Positions 1-52,060 of a stretch of 64,000 bases of DNA are shown one piece after another. How positions within the stretch are numbered: the first letter of the stretch is position 1; each line of letters opens with the position of its first letter. The notes beneath the pieces were generated by a model. It did not search any database. It was not told the origin of the DNA and saw only the letters and a list, made by a program, of their open reading frames with translations. The stretch covers positions 31,930,001 to 31,994,000 of the forward strand of contig OX597833.1 of assembly GCA_951406725.2 (NCBI GenBank). Direction: 5' to 3'. The DNA comes from Octopus vulgaris. Lineage: Eukaryota. The position numbers were made by a program, and so were the translations under genes.

Positions 1-43
1 GAAATTGATTAATAATTAATTAATTTTACCCTCAATTGTTGGA

Positions 44-93
<50 letters not shown>

Positions 94-150
94 ATATGTA
101 TATGTATATATATATGTATATATGTATATGTATATATATATGTATATATG

Positions 151-205
<55 letters not shown>

Positions 206-206
206 G

Positions 207-237
<31 letters not shown>

Positions 238-450
238 GTATATATATGTATATATATGTATATATATGTATATATGTATATATATGTATATATGTATATA
301 TATATGTATATATATAAATAATTTTTTTAATTTAAAAATGATTCAACATGATGATTGGTAATAAGAATATAATTTGTGTTCAGAGAAATGGGGGTATTGT
401 CTATTGATGAGTAATTAACAAATCCTGAAAAATGTTCAGGCAATCTATAT

Positions 451-484
<34 letters not shown>

Positions 485-519
485 GTATATATATGTATAT
501 ATGTATGTATATATATGTA

Positions 520-579
<60 letters not shown>

Positions 580-597
580 TATATGTATATGTATATA

Positions 598-638
<41 letters not shown>

Positions 639-671
639 ATATATATATATATGTATGTATATATATATATG

Positions 672-746
<75 letters not shown>

Positions 747-827
747 GTGTATATATATATGTGTATATATATATATGTGTATATATATATATATATATGT
801 ATGTATATATATATGTATGTATATATA

Positions 828-858
<31 letters not shown>

Positions 859-861
859 GTG

Positions 862-950
<89 letters not shown>
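44..950. repeat. (TA)n/(TATG)n microsatellite, interrupted at 317-445
   Basis: Direct reading. Confidence 0.97.
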
Positions 951-954
<4 letters not shown>

Positions 955-3550
955 CTGACCAATGTCAGATGGCCCGAGGGCCTTTCTCTCCCAGGAATGA
1001 CAAGATGTGAACGAGGACAGGCGAGGTCCCTCCTGAACCTCATCAACACCCTGTACATGGAGCAGGTAATACTCCAACCAACCAGGGCAGGTAACACACT
1101 GGATCTCTGCTTCACAAATGACATGGATCTCATCCATAATGTGAAAGTGACACCGACACTACTCTCGGATCACAACATGATAGAGCTGACCATGTACGGG
1201 CCAAAAGAGAGCACGGACATGCAGCCTACAAGAAACCCTCAAAATCTTTCCAGCTTGAACTACCATAAGGCAAACTGGAAACAAATTGAGAAAGAGATCC
1301 TCAAACAAAACTGGCCTAAATGTCTCTCCTCGCCAGACATCGACGTGAAACTCCAACAATTCATGTCTGTAATGCAAGCCATATGCTACAAATGTGTCCC
1401 AGAGAGAAAGGCCACTGTACACAAGAACAAAATCCCCAGAGAGAGGAAAATTTTAATGAGACGGCGTACGAAATTTTCAAATCGCCTAAACAAACAGATT
1501 GAAAGCAGTGAAAAGTCCCGCCTAAAAATAAAACTGTTGGAAATCGAAAAATGTCTGCAACTCTCCCATGAAAAAGAAAGAGCAGACAAAGAAGCCTGGG
1601 CTATAGAAAACATAAAATCTAACCCCAGAGCTTTCTACAGGTATGCCAAAGAAACAGCTACAGTGCACTGTAGAATAGGGCCACTCCTCGAAAAGGATGG
1701 CACACTTACAGGAAAACCAATGAGGGTAAGTGAAATACTGAATGAGCAATTCAAGAGTGTTTTCACTCCACCCTTTGGGCATCTCCAAATCACCAATCCA
1801 ACTGACTTTTTTACCACTGCAGATATAAAATCAGAGGCGGCGACGATAGATTACATCGATATAAAGGAAGACGATGTAACCAAGGCTATAGATGAAATGA
1901 AAACAGACTCAGCTACTGGCCCCGATGGATTCCCGGCAATCCTCCTAAAAGCATGTAAGAGAGTCCTAGCAAGACCACTGCAGTTCCTCTTTCAGAGCTT
2001 CCTTGCAGCTGGCAAACTTCCAGGAAAACTGAAGGAAGGTAAAATATGCCCCATTCATAAAGGAGGTAGCAGAGCGGAAGCCAAGAACTATAGACCTATC
2101 TCTCTGACCTCACACATCAGCAAGGTCATGGAATGAATAGTTAGAAGGAAGCTGATCACCTTCCTTGAAGAGAATGACTTGCTGCCCGACACCCAACATG
2201 GTTTCCGACCAGGGAGAAGCTGTTTAACTCAGCTCCTACAACACTATGACTGGGTGCTGAAACGGCTGCTCAACCACTCAAATGTGGAAGTGATATATCT
2301 CGACTTTGCAAAGGCCTTTGATAAAGTCGATCATGGAATGATATGTCACAAACTGCGTGATCTCAACATAGTTGGAAAACTGGGAGAATGGCTTCATGAC
2401 TTTCTGAAGGATAGAAGTCAGGTGGTAGTAGCCAATGGGGCCACCTCCATTAACACACAAATAGTGAGCGGTGTTCCGCAGGGCACTGTTCTGGGACCAC
2501 TACTGTTCATAATGGCCCTCTCAGACATGCCCTCAGCCACGCAGAGAGCCACGATCACAAGTTATGCAGATGATACAAAAGTTTCACAGGCAATACAGAA
2601 CCCTGAGGACACTAAACACCTGCAATGTGAGCTGGACGAAATATACAAGTGGGCTGAAAAGAATAGCATGCAGTTCAATGCTGGAAAGTTTCAAGCTTTA
2701 TACTATCAGCATGCAAAACTGAATGCAATACCCAATGAATACACTGGACCCGGAGGGATTGCAATCCCAGAGGCACAATCAGTGCGTGACCTGGGTATTC
2801 ACATGAGTGATGACGCGACCTTTCATGTACATGTTGCTAAACTGACAATGAAATGTAGACGGCTGGCTGGATGGATCCTTAGAACCATTAGAACATGAGA
2901 ACAAGAAACCATGATGGTCCTCTGGAAGACACTTGTCCTAAGCCACTTTGACTATTGCTCTCAGCTATGGTCACCATCCAGTGTCAAGTTGATCACAGAA
3001 CTTGAGGCGATCCAACGAAGCTACACGAAGAAGATAGCCTCTATGCAGAATGTAAGCTACTGGGAAAGACTCAAGAGATTAAAATTATATTCCCTGGAGC
3101 GTAGGCGGGAAAGATATGCCATAATATACATCTGGAAGATCCTGGAGGGAAGTGTCCTGAACTTTGGCATCGAGAGTTACGCAAATGCCAGAACTGGGCG
3201 CCACTGCGTTGTGCCTAGGACTCCAAACCTGCCATCAAGATGTAGGACAAGATTCTGTGATAGCCTGGGCTTCCGAGGCCCACAGCTCTTCAATATCCTC
3301 CCGAAGAACCTGAGAGACCTGCATGGGGTGGATACAGATGTCTTTAAAATGAAGCTGGATCTCTTCCTGTCAGGTGTCCCAGATGAACCAACTTCACGGC
3401 AGGAGGGGCAGATGAGGGCAGCTGCATCGAACTCTCTCATGCACCAAATAGCAGTTGCTAAAAAGCCTCCATGAAGTGAAACCAAGTAGCAACACCAAAT
3501 GGCGGTGCCCCAGCATGGCCACAGCTCATAAGCTGAAACTAGAATCAATC
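951..3550 (+). mobile_element. 5'-truncated CR1-group LINE (end of APE endonuclease plus reverse transcriptase), inactivated by two stops
   Basis: Motifs [66 protein letters not shown] and SLERRRERY all fall in one frame, interrupted by TGA at 2134-2136 and 2896-2898. Flanked on both sides by (TA)n. Confidence 0.9.
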
Positions 3551-3576
3551 ATATATATATGTATATATATATATAT

Positions 3577-3678
<102 letters not shown>

Positions 3679-3679
3679 A

Positions 3680-4391
3680 TCTCTATATATATAAAAGGCA
3701 AGTTGTCTGTCTGTGTGTCTGTCAGGTTGTACCCTCACCCTGACCACGGCTTTCAACCGATTCTGATGAAACTTGACACACATATAGCCCAATGTCATAA
3801 TTCAAAACTAACGCAGCGAAAACTTTGAAAAGTTCCCCCAGTTCTGAAAAAAGTCGATAAATTCAACATGGGGTCTATAATCTAAGCTTATCATATGCAA
3901 CACATTTTCCGTTGTCGTTTTCGCAACATGCAATCGATTTTCACCACGCTCATGGTGAAGCTTAATGTTACCGTCAGAAAAAATCGATAAAATCATGCCA
4001 TTTTGGGAAATCACGTTCAAATTCAAGATGACATATTTTCGACAATATCTTTAACAAATTGGCAGGAATTTTTTTTTGAAATTCACAGCGAGCATCATGT
4101 CTGCTCAAGGAGCTATATGGCCCTCTTGATTCCAATAGGATACGTTATTACTGGAAAAAATCGGTTAATTACATCATATGTGGCACACATAGCAAACCGA
4201 TTTTTCTGTGATATTTTTTGAAAGTTCACATAGATTTTCCCTACTTCTTCATGCATGCAAGGGAACGGTGCCTTGAATGCCTTAATGCCTCATTTTTACA
4301 AAATAACGGTTCAATGAGTACAAAAAAGGGTAAAAAGGTAAAGGGCATTGCTTATCGACAAAGTTTCTTACATACCCGGGCTATGCTGCTA

Positions 4392-4392
<1 letters not shown>
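3680..4392 (+). mobile_element. Non-autonomous Helitron-like element
   Basis: 5' TCTATATATATAAAA followed by (GTCT)n and CCGATTCTGATGAAACT; 3' end CCCGGG...CTAG|T; no ORF. This resembles known non-autonomous Helitron termini. Confidence 0.6.
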
Positions 4393-5661
<1,269 letters not shown>

Positions 5662-7521
5662 TATATATGTTCAAATTACGATGAAAGTAAACAAGCAAAG
5701 TTTGCTTTAGAAACGTAGAGATGTATTGAAAGATATATGCATACATAAATGTACGCACGCACACACATCATTTAACATCTGCCTTCCATGCTGATAGCTG
5801 TTGATTAGGGAATTAAAAAAAAAAATTGTAAGAATAAAAATTTAAAATAAAAACAACAAAATGAACACTTTTTGTGTTTTGAAAAAAATTTAATTTTTAG
5901 TTTCTCATGTAATCAAAATGACATAGAATAATAATACAATTGTTGCTGCAAAAAGGATCTGAATCCCTTAAAGTTTAGGGAACATAAGGTTCAGAGATAG
6001 ACAATTAAAGACAAGCTAATCTGAGAGGGAAGGAGAATAGAAGGCAGGGTGAGAGAAGGAAACAGCAGAAACGATAAAGTAACTAGATAAAAAGAGAGAG
6101 GGAGAAGGAAAGAGAGTCTGTTGACCACCCAAAATCTTTATTTGAACTCTGATAATATTTAATACCTAAATGATTTAGTGGGTGAGGATGGATATATGGA
6201 TATATATATATAGGTGCAGGAATGGCTGTGTGGTAAGTAGCTTGCTTACCAACTACATGGTTCCAGGTTCAGTCTCACTGCATGCACCTTGGGCACAATA
6301 TGAGACACCTAATTAATTAAAAATCAAGTACTTAAGTCTGGTTTTCTTGTCCATTTTTTAAATTTAGCATTTGGTAAAATTTTACAAGTAGTAATAGTAG
6401 TAGTAGTAGTAATAATAATAATAATAATAACAATAATTTCTTAATTACTGGTCCCAAACCATGAATTTTGGGAAAATGGGTGTTGATTATATTGATCCTA
6501 GTATATCTTGGAATGATGAAAGACAAAAAGAGTTATAACTAAATGCTGCAAAGAACTTTGCCCAATAATTTATCAATTCTGTCTATTCTCTGCATTAATG
6601 TGAGTTCAAGCACTTGTTAATTTCAAATATATTTGCTTTGTTAGCCTAGACACAAAGCCTACTTTTAATAACTATATTGAAGACTTATATTTTAACATGG
6701 GAAAAGTCAGAAATATAGTAGAAGGGAACAAGTTGGCTATTTTGACCCTAGTGTTGAACTAGTATTTTATTTTATGAACTTCAGAAGGATGAAAAATAAA
6801 ACTGAGTAAAGTTTGAATTAAAAATGTAAAGGGCCATAGCTAAATATTTTTAACTTCATATTGGCTGCATGAAAAGAAGAGGTTTTGAAATATCAAAGTT
6901 CAGATTTAAATCAGAGAAAACAGGCTTTTATGATTTTGGGTGGATCAGACAGAAAATTGAAGTATATCAGGAATACAATGGAGAACTCGCCTTGCATTGA
7001 CTAATCTTAAATGTCTGTTAAAAAAAAGAAATTGAGAGGCTAAAGAAACATATGATACATTTTCTCTCATAGGGAGGGAAGAAGGAAACATTCTATAGAT
7101 TATATTTTTGTCAGCAAATTTGAGTGTTGGAGGTGGTAATGAGGGAAGGGGAAGCAGAAACAGGACAATATGTTTTGGTCGAATAATCAACCAGACTGCA
7201 GAATGATGCAGAAACGTTCCAGACATTTCTCTGAAACTTAAATTCTGTCACAGTTAGCAGGTGACAGTTTTATTTTTTCAATTTTTCCATTTTTTTTTAC
7301 ATAAATCTTTTATATACAATAAATAATAATAATCGTCATAGTGATAGATTTTTTGGGTGTACTAATAGCAGTAATGATGATAATAATACTATTCATGATA
7401 ATACTTATGTTTTTATGAATGAAATTAGAAGTCAGGGGAGTGAAGTGTGGACATTTTTGTGGAGTTGCACCAGAGTGAGTTAAGAGATTGCAAAGAGAAA
7501 GCAAGAAAGAAAGTGTGTGTC

Positions 7522-7582
<61 letters not shown>

Positions 7583-10349
7583 AAGGAGAAAGTTGAAGGG
7601 AGACTGCAAATGGTTGTGGTGATAGTGGGATTAGAATGAAATAATGTGGTGTCATTTGTTTAAGTAGAAAAAAAAATTATGAATTGGATTATACAATAAA
7701 AAAATTAAACTAAAAACAAAAACTAACTGGTAGAGTATTAAACCTCAAAATTGATTGAAGGGAATTGTGGCATTTACATAATTTATACATAGCACCAACA
7801 ACATAGATGAAACAGCATCAGCTGGAAATGTAAACCAATCTGACTGTACTTAGGATTGTCTAAGAATTTATTTACTGTTTCACTATGATGTCTCTGCCAC
7901 CCTGCCCCCACACACATACATACATCTCACCCATGTGTTTAAGTTAACTAAATATTTTTGAAAGTTTAGGCTATTTTGCACTTTGTAATACTTTTTGCTA
8001 CTTTAAACTATGTGTCTGAATCTTTAGAACACTCTATGTACCATTACTGCACACATATTTCTCCTAATAGATACTGTGTCAGATTCAGCAAGTTTTACAG
8101 ATGTAAATCACCTACTTATTGAATTATATATTGTAAGAAGCTAAATACTCTATAAATGTCTGTACATATAACATAAAACCACATAGCTATGTCTGCTACT
8201 GGTATCATATACATATATATATATATATATGTATGTATATATACAAACACACACACACACGTAAGTGTGTGTATGTGTGAAATTGCAAGATTTTTTAAAC
8301 AACTTTGCAATGAAACATATGATTTCTTTAACTAAATATATGCTTTTGTATATGACTAATCTACAATGTAGTTATATCAGACTATGTGCACCATACAAAG
8401 TTCACAGTGTCATGAGATATGCATATGTGTGTATTTTTTAAAATAGAATGTAAATATTAATGTAAATACCTGGTGTATATAATTTTGATTATATGTATTT
8501 GTATATGTTGTGTGTATGTATTTGAATATACTTATTTGTCTTTTTGAGTGTATGATGGAACGCTATTTGTAGTTTTCCTGAGAGAAATGCGAATAGTAGA
8601 AAAAAAAGAGAAAAAACAAAAGAAAAATTTGTAGAAAAAAACCCAAAATATATACATGAAAAAGATAAAAAGAAAAATGTTTTATATATACAGATGAAGA
8701 CTAAATTAAAAAGATACAGGAGGGATAAATATATTTTCAGAATGTTGTTTATTTGATGTAGGGGTGTGTATATATATATATATATATATATGTATATTTA
8801 CTTTGGACCGTTGCACAGCAGCTATATTGTGAAATTGTGCTTTTTTAAAAGTTGGAAGAGAAGGATTCTGGATTCTCTGATAATAGTAATCAGGGTTTGT
8901 GTTTAGGGGTGGCTGATGGTGTGTGAAAAAATTATAAAGATATTTATGTATTCATCTGTACTTATGTATGTTTTTATGTCTGCTTGTATGTATGTTGATT
9001 TTCATTGTATCAAGTTCTGCTCAACAGAACAAAAGCTCAGTCTCTCAGAGACAAGAGTAATTCCCAAGTTGATATTTCAGACAGAAATATTTTCACAATT
9101 TCATGTCTAAATTCTAATCTTTTTATTGGAAAGTTTTATACATTTTTTTATAGCATCACTAATTAATGTCTCACTTTTTTTTTGGTTTAAAATCATTATC
9201 ATATGCTGTTTCTATCCTGTCTTTGAGAAAATTACTGTAGAGAAATAGTAATAGAGAGACAGACAGATAAAGGAAGAAGAGAGACTTAGGGGATAACACA
9301 TTTTTGTTGTGGGAGTTAATATATTATTAGTAAAAGTTTAAAAAAATCTAATTCATCTAGAAGCTATTTAAAGCTTATAAGCCTGTGATTCTTTTGAGTT
9401 TTTTTTTTAAAGATATACAAGTATATTTCTAAAGCTAATGTTTTGAAATATCTTAAGCAATGACTAATGAAAAGTAAATCTTTCAGATATTTCAAATATG
9501 TGCCTTGCTATTTTTTTAAGTAAAGAAAGAAAAAGGAAAAGACATTCACTTGGAAATATTTAAAAGAATTGATTAAACTTAAGAAAAGTAATTTTCTATC
9601 TGATAGTTCAAGCTTTTCTTCTTTCATAATTTCAGTGCTCCTGGCTAAAAGGTATATCACTAATAATAGTTATGATATTGTTGTTAATAACACTAAGAAT
9701 GTTTCTCGATTGTTTTCTCTGTTTTAACACATCAAATATCATTTATTTTTAAAAAATGCACGATATTGTTCTGTGAAATACACTCTGTATGAGATATCCC
9801 CTAGTGCAAGTTGTTGAAGGAGGGGCACAAAGTATTTTGGTTGAAGTGTTCACCAGTCATGTTTAAAACCTGGTGAGGGAGATTCATAAAATGTTCTCAA
9901 CAGATTATCGTTGATAATGCCTGTCACCCTTGTTCATCATTCACAGCATTTTTTGGACCACAGAAATAGAATTCTTATAGTTCACTCAGCTGACTGACTT
10001 GATCTGGATGAGGCAGTTCAGGTTGTTGCTGGAGAAGAAATACAGAAAAAATCTAGACCAAATCCTTGTTTTTGTTTTGTGTACTGGCAACTCAGATCAG
10101 AACAAGGAGATCATTGTGATTTCTGTACTTTGTAACCACACGATGCAGGCAAGAACCCAACTTGTACTGGTTTACATATAATTTGTTTAAAATATATTTA
10201 AAGATGTTTAGATATCATTCTTGAGGTGTTGCTTCTACATTCATATATTTATCCACATATATACAAATATAGATAAATGTATTTGATATTTTCTTAACAT
10301 TTTAAATTTGGATTTTTGCTTGATTGTGTGCATCTGTTTCTTTCTTTCA

Positions 10350-47167
<36,818 letters not shown>

Positions 47168-47836
47168 CTGCAAAATATACAAAAGGAAAAGATTAGTTAA
47201 AACAAAAAAAACTTCCACCACTACTGACCTTATCAGAGCCATTATATTTATCACACATATCACCACTGTTACTATCATCAACATCAATTTATTAAAATAT
47301 TTGTTTATATGAGGTAGAATATGAAATGGCAGAAATGGAAAAGTTACAGACTAGCAAATTGACCAAAATACTGGAAATAAAAGAAACTGCTTGCATAATG
47401 GTTTACAGCTATCATGTCATGTCAAGGCAAGGAAATAAAAACATACAAACACACATACATACATAGATATATACATATACACATATATAGATATATATAC
47501 ATATACATACACACACATAAATACATATCCATATATATATATATATATATATATATATTTCTTTTACTTTTATTTGTTTCTGTCATTTGACTACGGTCAC
47601 GCTGGAGCACCACCTTTAGTCAAGCAAATCGACCCCAGGACTTATTCTTTGTAAGCCTAGTACTTATTCTATCGGTCTCTCTTGCTGAACCACTAAGTGT
47701 CAGGGATGCAAACACACCAGCATCAGTTGTCAAGCAATGTTGGGGGGATAAACAGACATACATATACATATATATGATGGGCTTCTTTCAGTTTCTGTCT
47801 ACCAAATCCACTCACAAGGCTTTGATCAGCCCGAGG

Positions 47837-47905
<69 letters not shown>

Positions 47906-47928
47906 TGTAGTATATATATATATATATA

Positions 47929-48110
47929 TATATATACCAATTAAGGACTGAACACGAAAAGTGGACAGTCAACATGCTAGATATAGACGTCAAATCGCCA
48001 TTCACCACAAAAGATTATGTTCTCAGATATGTGGTGAATGGCGATTTGACGTCTATATCTAGCATGTTGACTGTCCACTTTTCGTGTTCAGTCCTTAATT
48101 GGTATATATA
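47929..48110. repeat. Inverted repeat, 81-bp arms, 20-nt loop, in (TA)n
   Basis: 47929-48009 vs 48030-48110. Confidence 0.95.
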
Positions 48111-48217
48111 AATATTTTAATCTTCGGATTCTTTTTTAATATGCTAGACCACTGGTCTTAATTGATAAATATCAATTTCTACCCTTAATTAATTTTATAT
48201 ATATATGTATGTATGTA

Positions 48218-48300
<83 letters not shown>

Positions 48301-48339
48301 ATGTATGTATGTATGTATGTATGTATGTATGTATGTATG

Positions 48340-48377
<38 letters not shown>

Positions 48378-48515
48378 GACATACACACACACACACACAC
48401 GCACATATATATACACATTATTTTCTCCCCTTGTTTCTTTCTGTGTTCCTTTCTGTAGAAGTGTGTCTTTTGTTTTTTTTTTTGTGAATTCTCCCTATAT
48501 ATACATATACACCGC

Positions 48516-48546
<31 letters not shown>

Positions 48547-48711
48547 CAAAAACGCAATAGAGAATGTTGAAACATTCGAACAGATAGATGATACAAAGGT
48601 GGACGAGAGAATATATATACATATATAGACATATATACATATACATATATAAATAGAAAAATTGATATTTCTAAATCTCTCAACGAGAGATATTCAGTAA
48701 CAGTACTCTAG

Positions 48712-48856
48712 AGTAAAAATTATTTGCCAACATAATGTGGTTGTCCTGGTTAGGGGGAATGTTACTATTATTTAGCTGGAGATGATGATTCCTGGGGCTA
48801 AATAACAATAACATTCATCCTAAGACTGCCACATTATGTTGGCAATAATGTTTACT
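48712..48856. mobile_element. Palindromic MITE-like element
   Basis: AGTAAAAATTATTTGCCAACATAATGTGG ... CCACATTATGTTGGCAATAATGTTTACT, with a further internal pair GAATGTTA..TTATTTAGC / GCTAAATAA..TAACATTC. Confidence 0.6.
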
Positions 48857-48894
48857 ATACAAACATACATATACATATATACATGTACACATAT

Positions 48895-49031
48895 ATACCG
48901 TGTTTTAATGGGAGTTTCTTATACATGGATAATATTATAATCCCTTACAAAACCTTTTTTCCAATTTTAAGCCCTCAAAATTAGGTGACTCCTTGTACAT
49001 GAGGGTCTCTTATACATGTTAAAATACGGTA
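48895..49031. mobile_element. Tc1/pogo-type MITE
   Basis: Termini TACCGTGTTTT...AAAATACGGTA. Confidence 0.55.
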
Positions 49032-49731
49032 CACAGACACATATATATATATATAACCAATCAACTATATTTAGCATCCCTCCACCTCACTTCTATTAAC
49101 CCGCCAATCCCACCATTTCATTAAAATCTGGCTTTGGATTTAGTCTAGATATTTAATGATGCGATTTAAATAGGGATGGACTACATATATGAGTTAAAGC
49201 TGGTTTTAGAATAAATCGCAGTAATGGTGATATTAGTGCATGTGTGTGTGTGTGTGCGTGGGCTATAGTACGATATATATGAAATTAACAGTAGTGATGA
49301 CGTTGCTTTGGTTGGAAGAGGGAGGAGGCAGTGGTAGCAGTAGTTGCAATGCATCTGCTTATAGTCGTATTTTGTGTCCTTCAAGATTCAATCAATACTG
49401 CTTACGTATATTTATGTTGAGCATTGCTCTATGCCATATTAAGAAGCTCCCATTATCCACTGTGCGTATGTGTGTGTGTGTGGCAATCCTTCGGATATGC
49501 TGTATCACTTGTTTATGTATGCATGCATATTTCTGTGTATAAGTGTGTGTATGTATACATACAAAAATATACAAACATGAAAAATATAAACATAGGTGAT
49601 TCAGATGAAAAAAATAATTACAGAAATAAACATTTTTTTTTTACGGAAAATACCGAAAAATAGTTTCAGCCTTGATACATCACTTCCAAAGGACACCATA
49701 TATATATATACATACATACATATATAATATA

Positions 49732-49968
49732 TATCTGTAAATTAATATGTGATAATTATTCAATAGCCAAGATAAAACTCTGAGTTTCGGATGCCGAAGT
49801 GGAAATCCACAACACCATCTCTTCGGTTATCTGGCCATCTGAAAAAACGCTATCCTTTTACATGGCCAGATAACCGAAGATATGGTGTTGTGGATTTCCA
49901 CTTCGGCATCCGAAACTCAGAGTTTTATCTTGGCTATTGAATAATTATCACATATTAATTTACAGATA
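49732..49968. repeat. Inverted repeat, 107-bp arms (1 mismatch), 23-nt loop
   Basis: 49732-49838 vs 49862-49968. Confidence 0.95.
49866..49933 (+). ncRNA. Candidate type I hammerhead ribozyme (variant core), mirrored on the minus strand in the left arm
   Basis: AGATAA-CCGAAGA-[(G/T)ATG..GTGGA-TT-TCCAC..CATC]-C-GAAAC-TCAGA-GTT-TTATCT: stems I, II and III can be drawn; U4C variant. Confidence 0.55.
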
Positions 49969-50076
49969 AATTTCCTCTATTTACATAATATTGAGGTCTC
50001 TTTCTTTCTTTTGTTATCTTACCGTTTTTACCAATATATAATATATATATATACATACATACATATACATGTATAT

Positions 50077-50472
50077 TCATGTTGCCAGTTTAGCCAATAA
50101 TATCATGCACCATATGTTTGGTGTTCACTTGCTTCTGCGTTATTTTATACTAATTGTGTTTCGGCCAGAGATTTTTCGTCACATTTCTGTTACCTCATCA
50201 GTGGTCCTTTGCTTTCTTCCTTCTTTTTTTGTGTGTCTCTCGTTACTAATTATCTGTCATTTTGCATTCCTATTGACAATAGGAATAGGAAATGGCAGAT
50301 CATTACTAAGGATAGACACAAAAAAGAAGGAAGACAGCAAAGGACCACTGATGAGGTAACAGAAATGTGACGAAAGAACTCTGGCTGAAATACAATTAGT
50401 ATAAAATAAAGCAGAAGCAAGTGAACACCAAACATATGGTGCATGTTATTATTGGCTAAACTGGCAACATGA
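50077..50472. repeat. Imperfect ~395-bp palindrome centred at 50276
   Basis: TCATGTTGCCAGTTTAGCC... mirrored by ...GGCTAAACTGGCAACATGA, with scattered mismatches. Confidence 0.92.
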
Positions 50473-50626
50473 CCGTCCCTAAGTACAACAATATCAGTGG
50501 CAACACATGAAATCACATCAACAATTTTGCAAAACAAATATATATATATATATAAATAAATGTGTATATATATATGTATATAATATATATATATTTATAA
50601 ATATAGGTATATCTATCTATATATAT

Positions 50627-51983
50627 ATTGCTGAGTCATTATCACAAGTAGAAGTTTCAGGTGTAATAGCAAGGATTAAAATCGAAGGGCCTTAGAGTCA
50701 ACCTAGCTAAAACCAAAGTCCATAACAAGTAGGAAGGCAGACAAACCACAAATCCCTTCAGGTAGATGGCCCTGCTCGATCTGTAGAAAAGGTGTAGGTA
50801 GAAACTCTATAAGATGTACCCAGTGTAAGCTATGGACACATATGTGTAGCAATATCAAAGGAAGGCTAACTGGGAAGATAGTTTTTGTATGTCGCAGATG
50901 CTTAGGAGCAATAAACACTGAAAATGTGCAGAAAACAACTTCTGCCACATTCCAGGGAGAAAAACTAGAAGTAGTTGATAGCTTCCATTACATAGGTGAC
51001 CAAGTCAGTAACGGAGGTGGGTGCGCTGAAAGTGTAGCTGCTAGAATAAGAATAGCCTAGGCAAAGTTCAGAGAGCTCCTACCTCTGCTTGTGCCAAGTG
51101 ACCTCTCACTCAGGGTAAAAGGTAGACTGTGTGATGCATGCGTATGAACAGCCATGCTACATGGCAGTGAAACATGGGCCGTGACTGCTGAGGACATGTG
51201 TAAGCTTGCAAGGAACGAAGCCAGTATGCTCTGCTGGATGTGCAATGTCAGCTTGCATACTCGACAGAGTGTAAGTGCCTTGAGAGAAAAGTTGGACCTA
51301 AGAAGCATCAGATGTGGTGTGAATGGATGAGGATAGCTGTGTGAAAAAGTGTCACACTCTAGCAGTTGAGGGAACCTGTGGAAGAGGTAGACCCAGGAAG
51401 ACCTGGGATGAGGTGGTGAAGCATGACCATCGAACATTAGGCCTCACCGAGGCAATGACGAAGTGACTGAGACGTTTGGAAATACGCTGTGCTTGAGAAG
51501 ACCCGGTAAGCCAAGTGAGACCATAAACCTGTAGCCTATGCCAATGGTGTAATCAGCCCACTTATGCATGCCTTTCCTTCATTGGACACTAAACTCTGCT
51601 TGTGAAGACCTGTTGAGGTAAGTGAAATCGAAATCAAATTCTATGACAGCACCGCATGACTCGCATCCGTGCTAGTGGAGCGCTAAGAGCACCATACGAG
51701 CATGATTGTTGCCAGGGCCACTGACTGGCTCCAGTGCAGGTGGCACATAAAAAGCACCATTCGAGCGTGGCCGTTGCCAGTACTGCCTGACTGGTCCTCA
51801 TGCCTGTGGTACGTAAAAGCACCCACTACACTCTCGGAGTGGTTGGCATTAGGAAGGGCATACTGCTGTAGAAACTCTGCCAGATCAGAATGGAGACTGG
51901 TTCAGCCATCTGGCTCGCCAGTCCTCAAACGTCCAACCCATGCCAGCATTGAAAGTGGACGTTAAACGATGATGATGATGATG
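50627..51983 (+). mobile_element. Second, older RTE copy (same family as 38473-41379) with a 32-bp target-site duplication
   Basis: Same PSGRWPCSICRKGVGRNSIRC..FQGEKLEVVDSF sequence but with stops; (GAT)n tail; TSD 50589-50620 vs 51984-52015 with 1 mismatch. Confidence 0.9.
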
Positions 51984-52019
51984 ATATATTTATAAATATA
52001 GGTACATCTATCTATTTAT

Positions 52020-52060
<41 letters not shown>

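Noticed and set aside
3763-3772. CTGATGAAAC in the Helitron-like element
   Set aside because: No stem II lies between CTGATGA and GAAA, so it is not a hammerhead.
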